A stretch of DNA of 64,000 bases from an uncultured bacterium (lineage in GTDB: Bacteria > Krumholzibacteriota > Krumholzibacteriia > LZORAL124-64-63), in assembly GCA_963732385.1 (NCBI GenBank), contig CAVSZB010000007.1, forward strand, positions 1,280,001 through 1,344,000, given 5' to 3'. The first letter of the stretch is position 1. The number at the start of each line of letters is the position of its first letter. This document shows positions 11,665 through 20,975 of the stretch, piece after piece. The translations under genes and the position numbers were made by a program. The notes beneath the pieces are model-generated. The model did not search any database. It was not told the DNA's origin and saw only the letters and a program-made list of their open reading frames with translations.

Positions 11665-12237
11665 ATGCTCACCGGCGCCACTCTGGAAATCCTGGCCCTG
11701 GCGATCGGCCTCGGCTGCGACGCATTCGCGGTCGGCCTCTCGGTCGGCACCCGCTGGTGCAGACCGCGCCAGGTGTTCCGTCTTGCCTTCCACTTCGGGC
11801 TGTTCCAGTTCCTGATGCCGGTGATCGGCTGGCAGCTCGGCCGCACGCTGCTGGCGCGCGTGCTCCATACCGGACACTGGCTGGGTGCGGCGATCCTGGC
11901 GGTCGTCGGTCTGAAAATGCTGGTCGACGCCCTGCGGCAGGCCACGCGCGACGCAGAGGCGGCCGCCGCCGACCGCGCCGGCTTTGATCCCACGCGAGGC
12001 TGGTCGCTGATGGGGCTGTCGGTAGCCACGAGTCTTGACGCCCTGGCCGTCGGCGTCGGGATGGGTGTGGCGGGCGGGCGGCTGTTCCTGCCGGCGGCCA
12101 TCATCGGCGTGACGGCCGCCGTCATGACCTTCACCTCCATGCGGCTCGGCCGTTCACTCTCCCGACGGGTGGGACGACGGATCGAAATCGTCGGCGCCCT
12201 GCTGATCCTCGCCGCCGCGGCCAGCCTGCTGCGCTGA
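11665..12237 (+). CDS. mntP: Manganese efflux pump MntP
   Basis: AIGLGCDAFAV, FGLFQFLMP.IGW and ATSLDALAVG motifs. Confidence 0.9.
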   Translation: MLTGATLEILALAIGLGCDAFAVGLSVGTRWCRPRQVFRLAFHFGLFQFLMPVIGWQLGRTLLARVLHTGHWLGAAILAVVGLKMLVDALRQATRDAEAAAADRAGFDPTRGWSLMGLSVATSLDALAVGVGMGVAGGRLFLPAAIIGVTAAVMTFTSMRLGRSLSRRVGRRIEIVGALLILAAAASLLR

Positions 12238-12271
12238 GCGGGCGCGCCATCTGACGCAGGTCAGCGGGACA

Positions 12272-12301
12272 GCCGGGATCGCCGTCCAGGTCGATCCCGG
12301 C
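12272..12301. terminator. GC-rich hairpin between convergent mntP and OPT genes
   Basis: GCCGGGATCG-N10-CGATCCCGGC; no U-tract on either strand. Confidence 0.4.
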
Positions 12302-12328
12302 GCACGGCCGCTCAGGCCGGCGACAGGA

Positions 12329-14419
12329 TCAACCTGCCACCTTCGCCTTCTTCGAGTTCGCGTACAGGAACCAGCAGAGGCCCGAGAAGGCCAGGAGGCT
12401 GATCACCTGGGCGAGGGTTTCGTTCTTGTCGGCGAGCCCAAGGTCGATGTGGGGGGCAACGCCCGAGAGGGTGAGCAGGGCGCCGACGACCCCCATGATC
12501 GCACCGCCGGCGATGAAGCCGCTGGCGAGCAGGGTGCCGCGGCGGGAGCGCTCTTCCGAGAGCGCGGGATCCTGCGTGCTCCTGGCCACCCAGTGCGAGA
12601 TCAGGCCGCCGATGAACAACGGAGTATTGATCTGCAGCGGCAGGTACATGCCGATCGCGAAGGCCAGCGGCGGGATGCCCATCATCACCAGCAGGACGGC
12701 CAGGACCAGGCCGACGCCATAGAGCAGCCAGGTGACGGGGGCGTTGTCGAAGATGCCGGAAAGGATCGTGGCGAACAGGTTGGCCTGCGGGGCAGGCACG
12801 AGCTGGGTGTTCATGAAGCCCGACACGAACTGCCCGGTCACCGGGTCGCTGGTGCCATAGGCACGGTGGATCAGCAGCACGGTGCCGGCAACGCCGATCG
12901 CGGCGACGATCGTGCCGATCGCCTTCGAGATCTGCTGGTAGCGCGGTGTCGAGCCGAGCCAGAAGCCGACCTTGAGGTCGGTCACGAAGCCGCCGCTCAT
13001 CGAAAGGGCGGTGCAGACGACCCCGCCCATCACGATGGCGGCGTACTTGCCGAAGTCGCCGTGCAGGCCCACCGAGACGAGGGCCGTCGAACCGATGATC
13101 AGGGTCACGAGCGTCATGCCGGAGATGGGGTTGTTGCCGGTCATCGCCGTGGCGAGCGCCGCCACCGTCGTGAACAGGAAAGCGAAGACGAAGGCGATGA
13201 TCAGGCCGGTCAACGCGATCTGCGGCGCGTTGCCGGTACCGGCCGGATCCTGCCGCAGCAGGATGAAGAAGAAGAGACCGACCGCGACCACCGTCAGCGC
13301 GATGCCGCCGATGACGGTGCTCATCTTCAGGTCGCGATCGGTGCGGACGGACGCCTTCCCAATGTCGTGCCGGTTCACGAGCTGCTGGAACCCGAGCGAG
13401 AACGACTTGGCGATCGTCGGCATGCTGCGGATGATCCCGATGAGGCCCGCGCCCGCCATCGCCCCCACGCCGACCCGTTGGGCGTAGAGACGGAACACCT
13501 GGTTCGCGTCCATCTCCGGGATGAAATGCGGGAAGTTCGGCAGCGGCGACGGGGGCACGGCCAGCGCCGGAATGTTCTGCCCGAAGTGGAAGATCAGCGG
13601 CACCAGGATCAGCGCCGAGAAGAGTCCACCGGCGCAGATGATCGCCGAAAAGCGCAGCCCCGTGATGTAGCCGAGCCCGAGGATCAGGCTGACCGCGTCG
13701 AGGCTGATGGTCGCGCGGGCCGACACTGCCAGCTTCCGCACGACCGGGATGAACTGGAAATTGATGATCTCGTTCCAGGCGCGCATGGTGGTGGCCAGGA
13801 AGTCATACACGCCGCCCACCCCCGCCGCCATGACGAGGGTGCGGGCCTGGTCACCGCCCGCCTCTCCGGTGACGAACACCTCGTTGATGGCGGTCGCCTC
13901 GGGGAACGGCAGCTTGCCGTGCTGCTCGACCACGAAGTAGCGTCGCAGCGGAATCAGGAAGAGCAGGCCGAGCGACGCGCCAAGCACCGACACGACGAAC
14001 ATCGTCATCAGCATGGCCCCGGTCCCGGGCGCCACGTTCATGATATAGAGGGCCGGCAGCGTGAAGATCGACCCGGCCACCACAAGCCCCGAAGCCCCGC
14101 CGATACTCTGGATGATTACGTTTTCCAGGATCGAATTGCGGCGCCTGAAGAACCCCGAGAAGCCGATGGCGAGGATACTGATGGGGATCGCCGCCTCGAA
14201 CACCTGCGCGACCTTGAGGCCGGAATAGGTGGCGGCCACGGAGAAGAGCAGCGCCATGCCGATGCCCAGCAGGACGGCCCGCCAGGTGAATTCCGGCACC
14301 GGCTCGTGCGGGCGCACGAACGGCTCGTAGGTCTCTCCGGGCTGCAACTCCCGATACGCGGCCGGCGACAGTTTGCGAAGCGTTTCGCCCCCACCGGGGC
14401 CACCCTGGATAACACTCAT
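12329..14419 (-). CDS. OPT-family oligopeptide transporter
   Basis: EFTWRA, ILENVIIQSIG, LPFPEATA, NNPISG, DLKVGFWLGSTP, PAPQANL; many TM helices. Confidence 0.92.
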   Translation of the reverse strand: MSVIQGGPGGGETLRKLSPAAYRELQPGETYEPFVRPHEPVPEFTWRAVLLGIGMALLFSVAATYSGLKVAQVFEAAIPISILAIGFSGFFRRRNSILENVIIQSIGGASGLVVAGSIFTLPALYIMNVAPGTGAMLMTMFVVSVLGASLGLLFLIPLRRYFVVEQHGKLPFPEATAINEVFVTGEAGGDQARTLVMAAGVGGVYDFLATTMRAWNEIINFQFIPVVRKLAVSARATISLDAVSLILGLGYITGLRFSAIICAGGLFSALILVPLIFHFGQNIPALAVPPSPLPNFPHFIPEMDANQVFRLYAQRVGVGAMAGAGLIGIIRSMPTIAKSFSLGFQQLVNRHDIGKASVRTDRDLKMSTVIGGIALTVVAVGLFFFILLRQDPAGTGNAPQIALTGLIIAFVFAFLFTTVAALATAMTGNNPISGMTLVTLIIGSTALVSVGLHGDFGKYAAIVMGGVVCTALSMSGGFVTDLKVGFWLGSTPRYQQISKAIGTIVAAIGVAGTVLLIHRAYGTSDPVTGQFVSGFMNTQLVPAPQANLFATILSGIFDNAPVTWLLYGVGLVLAVLLVMMGIPPLAFAIGMYLPLQINTPLFIGGLISHWVARSTQDPALSEERSRRGTLLASGFIAGGAIMGVVGALLTLSGVAPHIDLGLADKNETLAQVISLLAFSGLCWFLYANSKKAKVAG

Positions 14420-14649
14420 GAAGCCGTGTCTCCTTTACGGAAGCGGAGGTGATAAGCCGGCGAATAGTACATCAGCACCTCCGGCGCCACAAGTCATTGT
14501 GCGCTTCCGGCTGACGCCCGACGACGGACCGAACGTCCGGTCCGACAACGGAATCGGCCTTCGGCGGGGCGAAATGCCGTGGCGTCGCCCGTCGCCGTGG
14601 CGTATCGTTGGCCCGCCGCGGCCGGTTCTTCGCAGTGAGGAATTCACAC

Positions 14650-15369
14650 ATGGACCTGAGTGTCGTCGTCCCCATGTACAACGAGGCCGGCAATGTGCCG
14701 CGCCTCCTGGACGAAGTGTGCGCCGCGCTCGACGGCGCCGGCCTGGCCTGGGAACTGATCTGCGTGGACGACGCCAGCGACGACGGCACGCGCGAGGTGC
14801 TGGCGGCCGCGCGCAGCGCCGAGCCGCGGCTGCGCGCCGTGCGGCACGCCCGCCGCGCCGGCCAGACGGCCGCCTTGGCCACCGGCTTCGCGCTCGCGCG
14901 GGGCGAGGCGATCGGCACGCTTGACGGAGACCTGCAGAACGACCCCGCCGACCTGCCGCGCCTGCTGGAGGAGTTGCGCCGGGGCGGCTGCGAAATGGTG
15001 ACCGGCCACCGCGTCCGGCGGCGCGACAATCCGGTGCGCCGCCTCTGTACGCTCATCGCCAATCGCTTCCGCAGCGCCGTGCTGCACGACGGCATCGTCG
15101 ACGTGGGCTGCTCCACGCGCGTGATGTACCGTGACTGCCTCGCGCGCATCAAGCTGTACGACGGGCTGCACCGGTTCCTGCCTGTGCTTTTCATGGCCGA
15201 GGGCTTCCGCGTGCGCCAGTCGCCGGTGAACCACCGCCCACGCGCCACCGGGCGCTCGAAATACGGCATCGGCAATCGTCTCGGGCGCAGCCTGCGCGAC
15301 CTGCTGGCGGTCCGCTGGATGCAGGAACGGGCGCTGCTCGTCCCGCACGGGGAGATCGAACCGCGGTGA
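14650..15369 (+). CDS. GT2 polyprenol-phosphate glycosyltransferase (ArnC/DPM1-like)
   Basis: SVVVPMYNE, VDDASDDGT, LDGDLQNDP, HRFLP, GRSKY. Confidence 0.88.
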   Translation: MDLSVVVPMYNEAGNVPRLLDEVCAALDGAGLAWELICVDDASDDGTREVLAAARSAEPRLRAVRHARRAGQTAALATGFALARGEAIGTLDGDLQNDPADLPRLLEELRRGGCEMVTGHRVRRRDNPVRRLCTLIANRFRSAVLHDGIVDVGCSTRVMYRDCLARIKLYDGLHRFLPVLFMAEGFRVRQSPVNHRPRATGRSKYGIGNRLGRSLRDLLAVRWMQERALLVPHGEIEPR

Positions 15370-15713
15370 ACAGGCTCTGGCTCGCCATCGGCCTTGCCGG
15401 CCAGATCACTTTCGGCGCCAGGTTTCTCGTGCAGTGGATCGTCAGCGAGCGCCGCGGCAGGAGCGTCATCCCGCTCGCCTTCTGGTGGCTGAGTCTCGGG
15501 GGCGGCATCATCCTGCTGTCCTACGCCCTGTACCGCCGCGATCCGGTCTTCATCCTCGGGCAGGCGTTCGGGCTGATCGTGTACGTGCGCAACATCGTCC
15601 TGATCCGGGGCCGCCAGGCCCGCCTGCACAGCCTGCAACTGGCGCACGCCGACCACGCCGAAGTACTCGATCCCCACGCGCCGGCCGCCCGGCACGGCCG
15701 GGACGACGCCTGA
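15366..15713 (+). CDS. Lipid-A-disaccharide synthase N-terminal (LAB_N) domain membrane protein
   Basis: GQITFGARFLVQWIVSER...PLAFWWLS..GG...YAL.RRDPVFILGQ..G..VY.RN. Confidence 0.88.
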   Translation: MNRLWLAIGLAGQITFGARFLVQWIVSERRGRSVIPLAFWWLSLGGGIILLSYALYRRDPVFILGQAFGLIVYVRNIVLIRGRQARLHSLQLAHADHAEVLDPHAPAARHGRDDA

Positions 15714-15745
15714 CCTGCGGCGGTTGCCCCCCACCGGTTTCCCGC

Positions 15746-15875
15746 CCCTTGTGCCGCCGAAATTGTTTCCGACCCGAATCGCCGCCATCAGTCAGGCGAA
15801 AGTGGCCATTGCCGCAGGATGAAAAGACAAAAAAGCTCGATTCAGAGGGGAGAAACAATTTCGACGGCACAAGGG
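15746..15875. mobile_element. MITE-like element, copy 1 (24-bp terminal inverted repeats)
   Basis: CCCTTGTGCCGCCGAAATTGTTTC (15746-15769) and GAAACAATTTCGACGGCACAAGGG (15852-15875), 1 mismatch; related copy at 36751-36879. Confidence 0.7.
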
Positions 15876-15971
15876 AGCGCTTGCACACCGCCCGCGGCGG
15901 TAGTTACTTGGTTGCACGGAGATGCCGTCCCAACCCGGTATCCGCCTTCCCGTTCCTCTGGAGGCTGATCG

Positions 15972-17231
15972 ATGCTTGAGCGCAGCAAGGAAACGCGTTT
16001 CCCCACCCTGGTAGAACGTTTTGTAAAGTACGCGAAAATCCACACGACCTCGCAGGAAGGTGCCGAGAGCTACCCCTCCACCGCCCGTCAGCTCGATCTG
16101 GCCCGCGAGCTCGTTCAGGAATTGCGCGATCTCGGGCTGAAGAACGCCGACCTGGACCAGCACGGTTACGTGACGGCCATCCTGCCGGCGAACTGCCCGG
16201 AAGGCCGGAAGGTCCCCGCCATCGCCTTCATCGCCCACATGGACACCTACCCCGAGGTGTCGGGCGAGAACGTCAAGCCGACGTTCCACGCGAACTACGC
16301 CGGCGGCGACATCAGGCTGCCGTCCGGCTATGTAATCAAGGCGGCCGACAACCCCTATCTCTCCGAGTGCGTCGGCGAGACGATCATCACCTCGGACGGC
16401 ACCACGCTGCTGGGCGCCGACGACAAGGCCGGCGTGGCCGAGATCATGGAGGCGTTCACCCGCCTGATCGAGAACCCCGATTTCAAGCACGGCCCGGTGA
16501 AGGTGGCCTTCACACCGGACGAGGAGGTCGGCGCCGGCGTGAAGCACTTCGATGTGGCGGCCTTCGGCGCCACCGTCGCCTACACGATGGACGGCGGTCC
16601 GCGCGGCGAGGTCGAGGACGAGACGTTCAGCGCCGACACCGCGATCGTGACTTTCGTCGGCCGCGACATCCACCCCGGCTACGCCAAGGGGAAGATGGTC
16701 CCGTCGATCAAGGTGGCCGCCGATTTCGTGGCCAGCCTCCCCCGCGACCTCGCCCCCGAAACGACGGCGGGCAAGCAGGGCTACGTCCACCCGATCAGCA
16801 TCGAGGGGAACGCTTCGGCCACGAAGGTCAGCCTGCTCGTGCGCGATTTCGACGCCGGGCAGCTCAAGCCGAAGGAGGAGCTCATCCTGAAGCTCGCGCA
16901 GAAAGCGGCGGCCGGGTGGCCCGGCGCCGAGATCAAGTTCGAGGTCAAGGAATACTACCGGAACATGAAGTACGACCTCCAGAAGGAGCCACGCGCCGTG
17001 GCCTACGCCATGGAGGGGATCCGGCGGGCCGGCATGGAACCGAAACTCGGATCGATCCGCGGCGGCACTGACGGCGCGGTCCTCTCCGCGAAGGGCCTGC
17101 CCACCCCGAACCTGTTCACCGGTGAACAGAGCTTTCACAGCTTCGGCGAGTGGATCTGCGAGAAGGACATGGAGCTGGCGACCCGGACCATCCTGCACAC
17201 GATCGCCGTCTGGCTGGAAAAGAGCGCCTGA
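15972..17231 (+). CDS. pepT: Peptidase T (M20B tripeptide aminopeptidase)
   Basis: AHMDT, LLGADDKAG, FTPDEEVG, HPGYAKGKM, IRGGTDG, FHSFGEW. Confidence 0.95.
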   Translation: MLERSKETRFPTLVERFVKYAKIHTTSQEGAESYPSTARQLDLARELVQELRDLGLKNADLDQHGYVTAILPANCPEGRKVPAIAFIAHMDTYPEVSGENVKPTFHANYAGGDIRLPSGYVIKAADNPYLSECVGETIITSDGTTLLGADDKAGVAEIMEAFTRLIENPDFKHGPVKVAFTPDEEVGAGVKHFDVAAFGATVAYTMDGGPRGEVEDETFSADTAIVTFVGRDIHPGYAKGKMVPSIKVAADFVASLPRDLAPETTAGKQGYVHPISIEGNASATKVSLLVRDFDAGQLKPKEELILKLAQKAAAGWPGAEIKFEVKEYYRNMKYDLQKEPRAVAYAMEGIRRAGMEPKLGSIRGGTDGAVLSAKGLPTPNLFTGEQSFHSFGEWICEKDMELATRTILHTIAVWLEKSA

Positions 17232-17263
17232 GCGCGCCGCGCCGGTCAGGCCGGATTCCGGGC

Positions 17264-17303
17264 ACGGGCCGTGGAGGTCGAAAAACTTCCACGGCCCGTT
17301 TCT
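17264..17303 (+). terminator. Probable intrinsic terminator after pepT
   Basis: ACGGGCCGTGGAGGT / ACTTCCACGGCCCGT stem followed by TTCT. Confidence 0.6.
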
Positions 17304-17357
17304 GTGCCTGCCCCTGTCTCACGGTCTCAAATTCATCGCCCAGTGTGAAAAATAGGC

Positions 17358-17386
17358 TTGCAACCAGATTGCGCCAATCTTATACT
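17358..17386 (+). promoter_or_regulatory. Sigma70-type promoter with a palindromic operator in the spacer
   Basis: TTGCAA-N17-TATACT; spacer contains AGATTG-CGC-CAATCT (17366-17380). Confidence 0.6.
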
Positions 17387-17465
17387 AAGAACCTAGGATT
17401 TTCGGCAGACAGAAACACCAGACCCAGGCGCGGCAGCGACGCCTCGCGTCGAAGGGACATGACGA

Positions 17466-18014
17466 ATGCGAAACTTCTTCAAAGGGACCCTGCTGATCCT
17501 CGCCATCTCGGTGCTGACCGCCGGAATTCTGACGGCTGGCGGACCGGAATGTGCCAAGGACAAGGCCGCGGCCACCGCCGCGGATATGGGCGGCTGCCCC
17601 GGCCACGCCGTGCAGGCGTCGACCGACGGGAAGGCCGGCTGTCCTGCTCACGCTTCTGTTGCCGACGGCAAGAGCTGCGATCCCGCGAAGTGCCCCCAGG
17701 CCGCGGCCATGAAGGCCGATGGCAAGGGTTGCGACCCGGCCGCCTGCGCCGCCATGGCCAAGAGCGGCAAGTGCGACCCCGCCGCCTGCGCGGCCACGGC
17801 CAAGAGCGGCAAGTGCGACCCCGCCGCCTGCGCCGCCACGGCCAAGAGCGGCAAGTGCGACCCCGCCGCCTGCGCGGCCAAGGCCACGGTGAAGACCGAA
17901 GGCAAGACTTGCGATCCGAAGAATTGCGATCCGTCCAAGTGCCCGATGCATGGCTCGGCGAAGGGCGCTGCTGCCCCCGAGGCCAAGTCGTCGGACGACA
18001 AAGGCACCTCCTGA
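17466..18014 (+). CDS. Secreted Cys-rich low-complexity repeat protein (16 Cys; CDPxxC and CPxH motifs)
   Basis: Sec-type signal peptide; repeat variation falls mostly at third codon positions; own promoter and terminator. Confidence 0.8.
   Translation: MRNFFKGTLLILAISVLTAGILTAGGPECAKDKAAATAADMGGCPGHAVQASTDGKAGCPAHASVADGKSCDPAKCPQAAAMKADGKGCDPAACAAMAKSGKCDPAACAATAKSGKCDPAACAATAKSGKCDPAACAAKATVKTEGKTCDPKNCDPSKCPMHGSAKGAAAPEAKSSDDKGTS
17730..17885 (+). repeat. 42-bp in-frame tandem repeat, about 3.7 copies (CDPAACAAxAKSGK)
   Basis: TGCGACCC units begin at 17730, 17772, 17814 and 17856. Confidence 0.9.
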
Positions 18015-18065
18015 CGATCCCCGGCCAAGGAATGGGCGCTGAATCCTCGTCCCGGCGTCCTTCCG

Positions 18066-18100
18066 ATGACCCCCTCCCCTCGGGGAGGGGGTCATTTTTT
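18066..18100 (+). terminator. Intrinsic terminator
   Basis: ATGACCCCCTCCCC-TC-GGGGAGGGGGTCAT followed by a T-tract. Confidence 0.85.
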
Positions 18101-18134
18101 GCGATATCGCGGGCACAGGCAGGAATTCGATCTG

Positions 18135-18173
18135 TTGACAGTGCGACATCTTTATAGTATCGTTATGATATCA
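18135..18173 (+). promoter_or_regulatory. Sigma70 promoter of the SPFH operon with a TGATATCA palindrome near the start site
   Basis: TTGACA(18135)-N17-TATCGT(18158); TGATATCA at 18166-18173. Confidence 0.65.
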
Positions 18174-18262
18174 ACACGGAATACATGCCCGCTCCCCCTG
18201 TCGGGGCCGGGACCACCGGCGCCGCGCTCACCGCGCCGCCAGAACCGAAGGAGGCAGAAGCG

Positions 18263-19129
18263 ATGCACGAGGAGAGGCTGCGCAAGATCGCGTCGGGGTG
18301 GCCCCATCTGTTCCTGAACATCCTGTTATTCGCGGCGGCCGTGGCATCTTACCTGTCGATCATCCGGACCAGCATGCCAATCAACGCCCTCTGGGGGACA
18401 CTGCTGCTGTTCGCGGCGCTCCTGCACTCCGCCGGCTTCTTCATCGTGAATCCGAACGAGGCAGCGGTCCTGCTGCTGTTCGGCGCCTACAAGGGGACCG
18501 TGAAGCACAACGGCTTCCGCTGGGCCAACCCCTTCTACCGGAAAATCAAGATCTCGCTGCGGATGCGGAACCTCGTCAGCGAGAAAATCAAGGTGAACGA
18601 TCTGATCGGCAATCCGATCGAGATCGCCGCGGTGATCGTCTGGCAGGTGCACAACACCACCGAGGCGCTCTTCGACGTGGATGACTACCACAACTACATC
18701 ACCACGCAGAGCGAGGCGGCGATCCGCCACCTGGCCAGCTCGTACCCGTACGACGGCTCCGAAACCGAACTGACGCTGCGCGGCGCGACCGACCAGATCA
18801 ACACGCACCTCCAGCGGGAACTCCAGGAGCGGCTCGGCCGGGCCGGCGTGACGGTGACCGAGGCGCGCCTGAGTCACCTCGCCTACGCCTCGGAAATCGC
18901 CGGCGCGATGCTGCAGCGGCAGCAGGCGACCGCGATCGTCGCCGCCCGGCAGAAGATCGTCGAGGGGGCGGTCGGCATGGTGGAGATGGCGCTGTCGGAG
19001 TTGAGCCGCAAGGCGATCGTCCAGCTCGACGACGAGCGCAAGGCCGCCATGGTGAGCAACCTGCTCGTCGTGCTGTGCAGCGAGCGGGCCGCGGCGCCGG
19101 TCGTGAACACCGGGACACTCTACTCTTAG
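18263..19129 (+). CDS. SPFH (band 7/stomatin) domain membrane protein
   Basis: Two N-terminal TMs; [50 protein letters not shown]. Confidence 0.9.
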   Translation: MHEERLRKIASGWPHLFLNILLFAAAVASYLSIIRTSMPINALWGTLLLFAALLHSAGFFIVNPNEAAVLLLFGAYKGTVKHNGFRWANPFYRKIKISLRMRNLVSEKIKVNDLIGNPIEIAAVIVWQVHNTTEALFDVDDYHNYITTQSEAAIRHLASSYPYDGSETELTLRGATDQINTHLQRELQERLGRAGVTVTEARLSHLAYASEIAGAMLQRQQATAIVAARQKIVEGAVGMVEMALSELSRKAIVQLDDERKAAMVSNLLVVLCSERAAAPVVNTGTLYS

Positions 19130-19197
19130 CGGACCCGGACGCGCGGGCGGGTTGGCAACCCGCCCGCGCCAAGGGCCGCGGGCACGCGAGGGAGCGC

Positions 19198-19404
19198 ATG
19201 ACCGTGGAGAAGAAAGCGTTCCTGCTCCGCCTGCCGGCGGACCTCCATGACGACCTGCGCCGCTGGGCCGACGCGGAGTTGCGCTCCCTCAACGCTCAGA
19301 TCGAATTCGTGCTGCGCCGGGCGGCGAGGGAGAGGCGGCGCGATGCCGATACGCAGCGTGCCTCCGGGTCTGCCGCCCCAGCCGACGACCTGCCCGACAA
19401 CTGA
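19198..19404 (+). CDS. Arc-family ribbon-helix-helix DNA-binding protein
   Basis: KKAFLLRLPADLHDDLRRWADAELRSLNAQIEFVL. Confidence 0.82.
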   Translation: MTVEKKAFLLRLPADLHDDLRRWADAELRSLNAQIEFVLRRAARERRRDADTQRASGSAAPADDLPDN

Positions 19405-19419
19405 CGGCACAGCGTCGCC

Positions 19420-20043
19420 TCACTTGTCCTCTTCATTCTCCCCGTCGCTCCATATCCGGAACCATTCGAGCGCGCCCAACTCCGGGATTCTCCCGCGCAT
19501 CTCCGTCACCGTTCCGCGCAGATCGTCGACCAGGGACACGATCGCTTCGCCGCGCTTCTCGAGGTCGGTCCCCTTCATCTCCATCCGGGCCGCCTCGGCC
19601 TCCATCTCGCGCTCGAGATCCTCTTCGTCGTAGTCGTCACGGCTCAGGCGGACCGCCCTGGCCAGCGCCCGGGCGGCGAGCGCCGCGCCGGCCACGCCCA
19701 GCTTCGCCCCTTCCGCGCCGAGCACGGCGGCCTCCTCCTCGATCCGCACGTAGCCGCCGTAGAAATCCTGCACGAGACGGCGCTCGTCGCGGTCCAGCGG
19801 CACCGTGTCGCCATTGATGGTCAGACCGCCGACAGGGGTGACCTCGGCACTGCCGCCGGAGCCGGCCGCGTCCGTCAGCACGAGAGTGTCGCCGTTCCAA
19901 TCGCTCTCCATGCCCTTGCCGTGGGAGAGGTGGCGGGCATGGTGCCGGTCCGCGGAGCCATCGTGGTGGTGGCCGGCCAGGACCGGCGCGACGGTCAGAG
20001 CCAGCACCGCCAGCGTGAGGGCAGATAGTTTTCTTACTCTCAT
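19420..20043 (-). CDS. Exported protein, DUF2884/YggN-like
   Basis: Signal peptide, His-rich linker, GGLTING..VPL and helical C-terminus ending IPEL. Confidence 0.6.
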   Translation of the reverse strand: MRVRKLSALTLAVLALTVAPVLAGHHHDGSADRHHARHLSHGKGMESDWNGDTLVLTDAAGSGGSAEVTPVGGLTINGDTVPLDRDERRLVQDFYGGYVRIEEEAAVLGAEGAKLGVAGAALAARALARAVRLSRDDYDEEDLEREMEAEAARMEMKGTDLEKRGEAIVSLVDDLRGTVTEMRGRIPELGALEWFRIWSDGENEEDK

Positions 20044-20132
20044 GTCGTCCTCCCGGGGGTCGGATTTCCGCATCGGGGTCACGCCTCTACGCGATCGGGC
20101 GACCCCGGGTTACGCGGACGCGGCGGCAGGCA

Positions 20133-20975
20133 TCAGTTCCCGATGGTCAGGCTGCCCCCCTCCCCCTTCGTTCCGGCCAGTTCGAACACGTTGCTGGCTT
20201 CGCTCCAGGTCGCCTCGAGGCGCTCGCGGTAGGGGGCGAAACCGGCCGCGATCGCCGGCGGCAGGCCTGCGGCCCACGGCAGGCAACGTCCGTCATCCTC
20301 GAGGCGGGCGATCTCGGCCACGAGCGTGTCGCGCCAGGCCGCCGGGCCGGCCGCCGGCGCCGCTTCGACCGCGCAGAGTTGATTGCGCAGCTGGGCCAGC
20401 AGCTGGCGGTGCAGGCGGGGACGGATGTCGCGCCCGCGATCGTGGTCTCTGTCGCTGTAATGGAGACTCTGCGGACCGGCGTCGGGCGACTTGCCGAGGC
20501 TGCCGTAGTAACCCAGCGCATAGATGTACGCGTACTCCCCCATCCCCATACCGACGGAGTTCAGCGCGGAATTCCGCCGTCCGTAGAACTCTCCCAGCAG
20601 CGGTGCGAACGACATGCCGCCGCGCGCGGCGCGCAGGACGTCGCCGAAGCGCCGGGGCTGTTGCTTGTCGCTGACCCGGCGGAAGACGTCGAACGTCTCG
20701 ACGAAGCGCGCGTGCGTCTCACGGAGCGAATCGCGCACGGCCAGGAACAATTCGATCCGCGCCGCCGGTACCGCGCCGTTGGCGGGCGGCGTCCAGTCTT
20801 CCGGCTCGCCGAACCGCGTTGCCAGCTCTGTTCCCTGGCTGGCGGCGGTATCGAAACGCCCCTTCAGCCCGCGCGCGAACCAGACCCCGCCGCCGATGAC
20901 CATGGCGATCAGGAGAATCACCACGCCACAGCCGATGCCGCAACCGAGCAACCACTTCTGCGCCGTGCTGCTCAC
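20133..20975 (-). CDS. Hypothetical membrane-anchored protein
   Basis: [16 protein letters not shown] single N-terminal TM; start overlaps the stop of the upstream regulator. Confidence 0.65.
   Translation of the reverse strand: MSSTAQKWLLGCGIGCGVVILLIAMVIGGGVWFARGLKGRFDTAASQGTELATRFGEPEDWTPPANGAVPAARIELFLAVRDSLRETHARFVETFDVFRRVSDKQQPRRFGDVLRAARGGMSFAPLLGEFYGRRNSALNSVGMGMGEYAYIYALGYYGSLGKSPDAGPQSLHYSDRDHDRGRDIRPRLHRQLLAQLRNQLCAVEAAPAAGPAAWRDTLVAEIARLEDDGRCLPWAAGLPPAIAAGFAPYRERLEATWSEASNVFELAGTKGEGGSLTIGN

Noticed and set aside
17730..17885. 42-bp repeats as a possible mini-CRISPR
   Set aside because: Head-to-tail with no spacers, in frame, and varying mainly at synonymous positions
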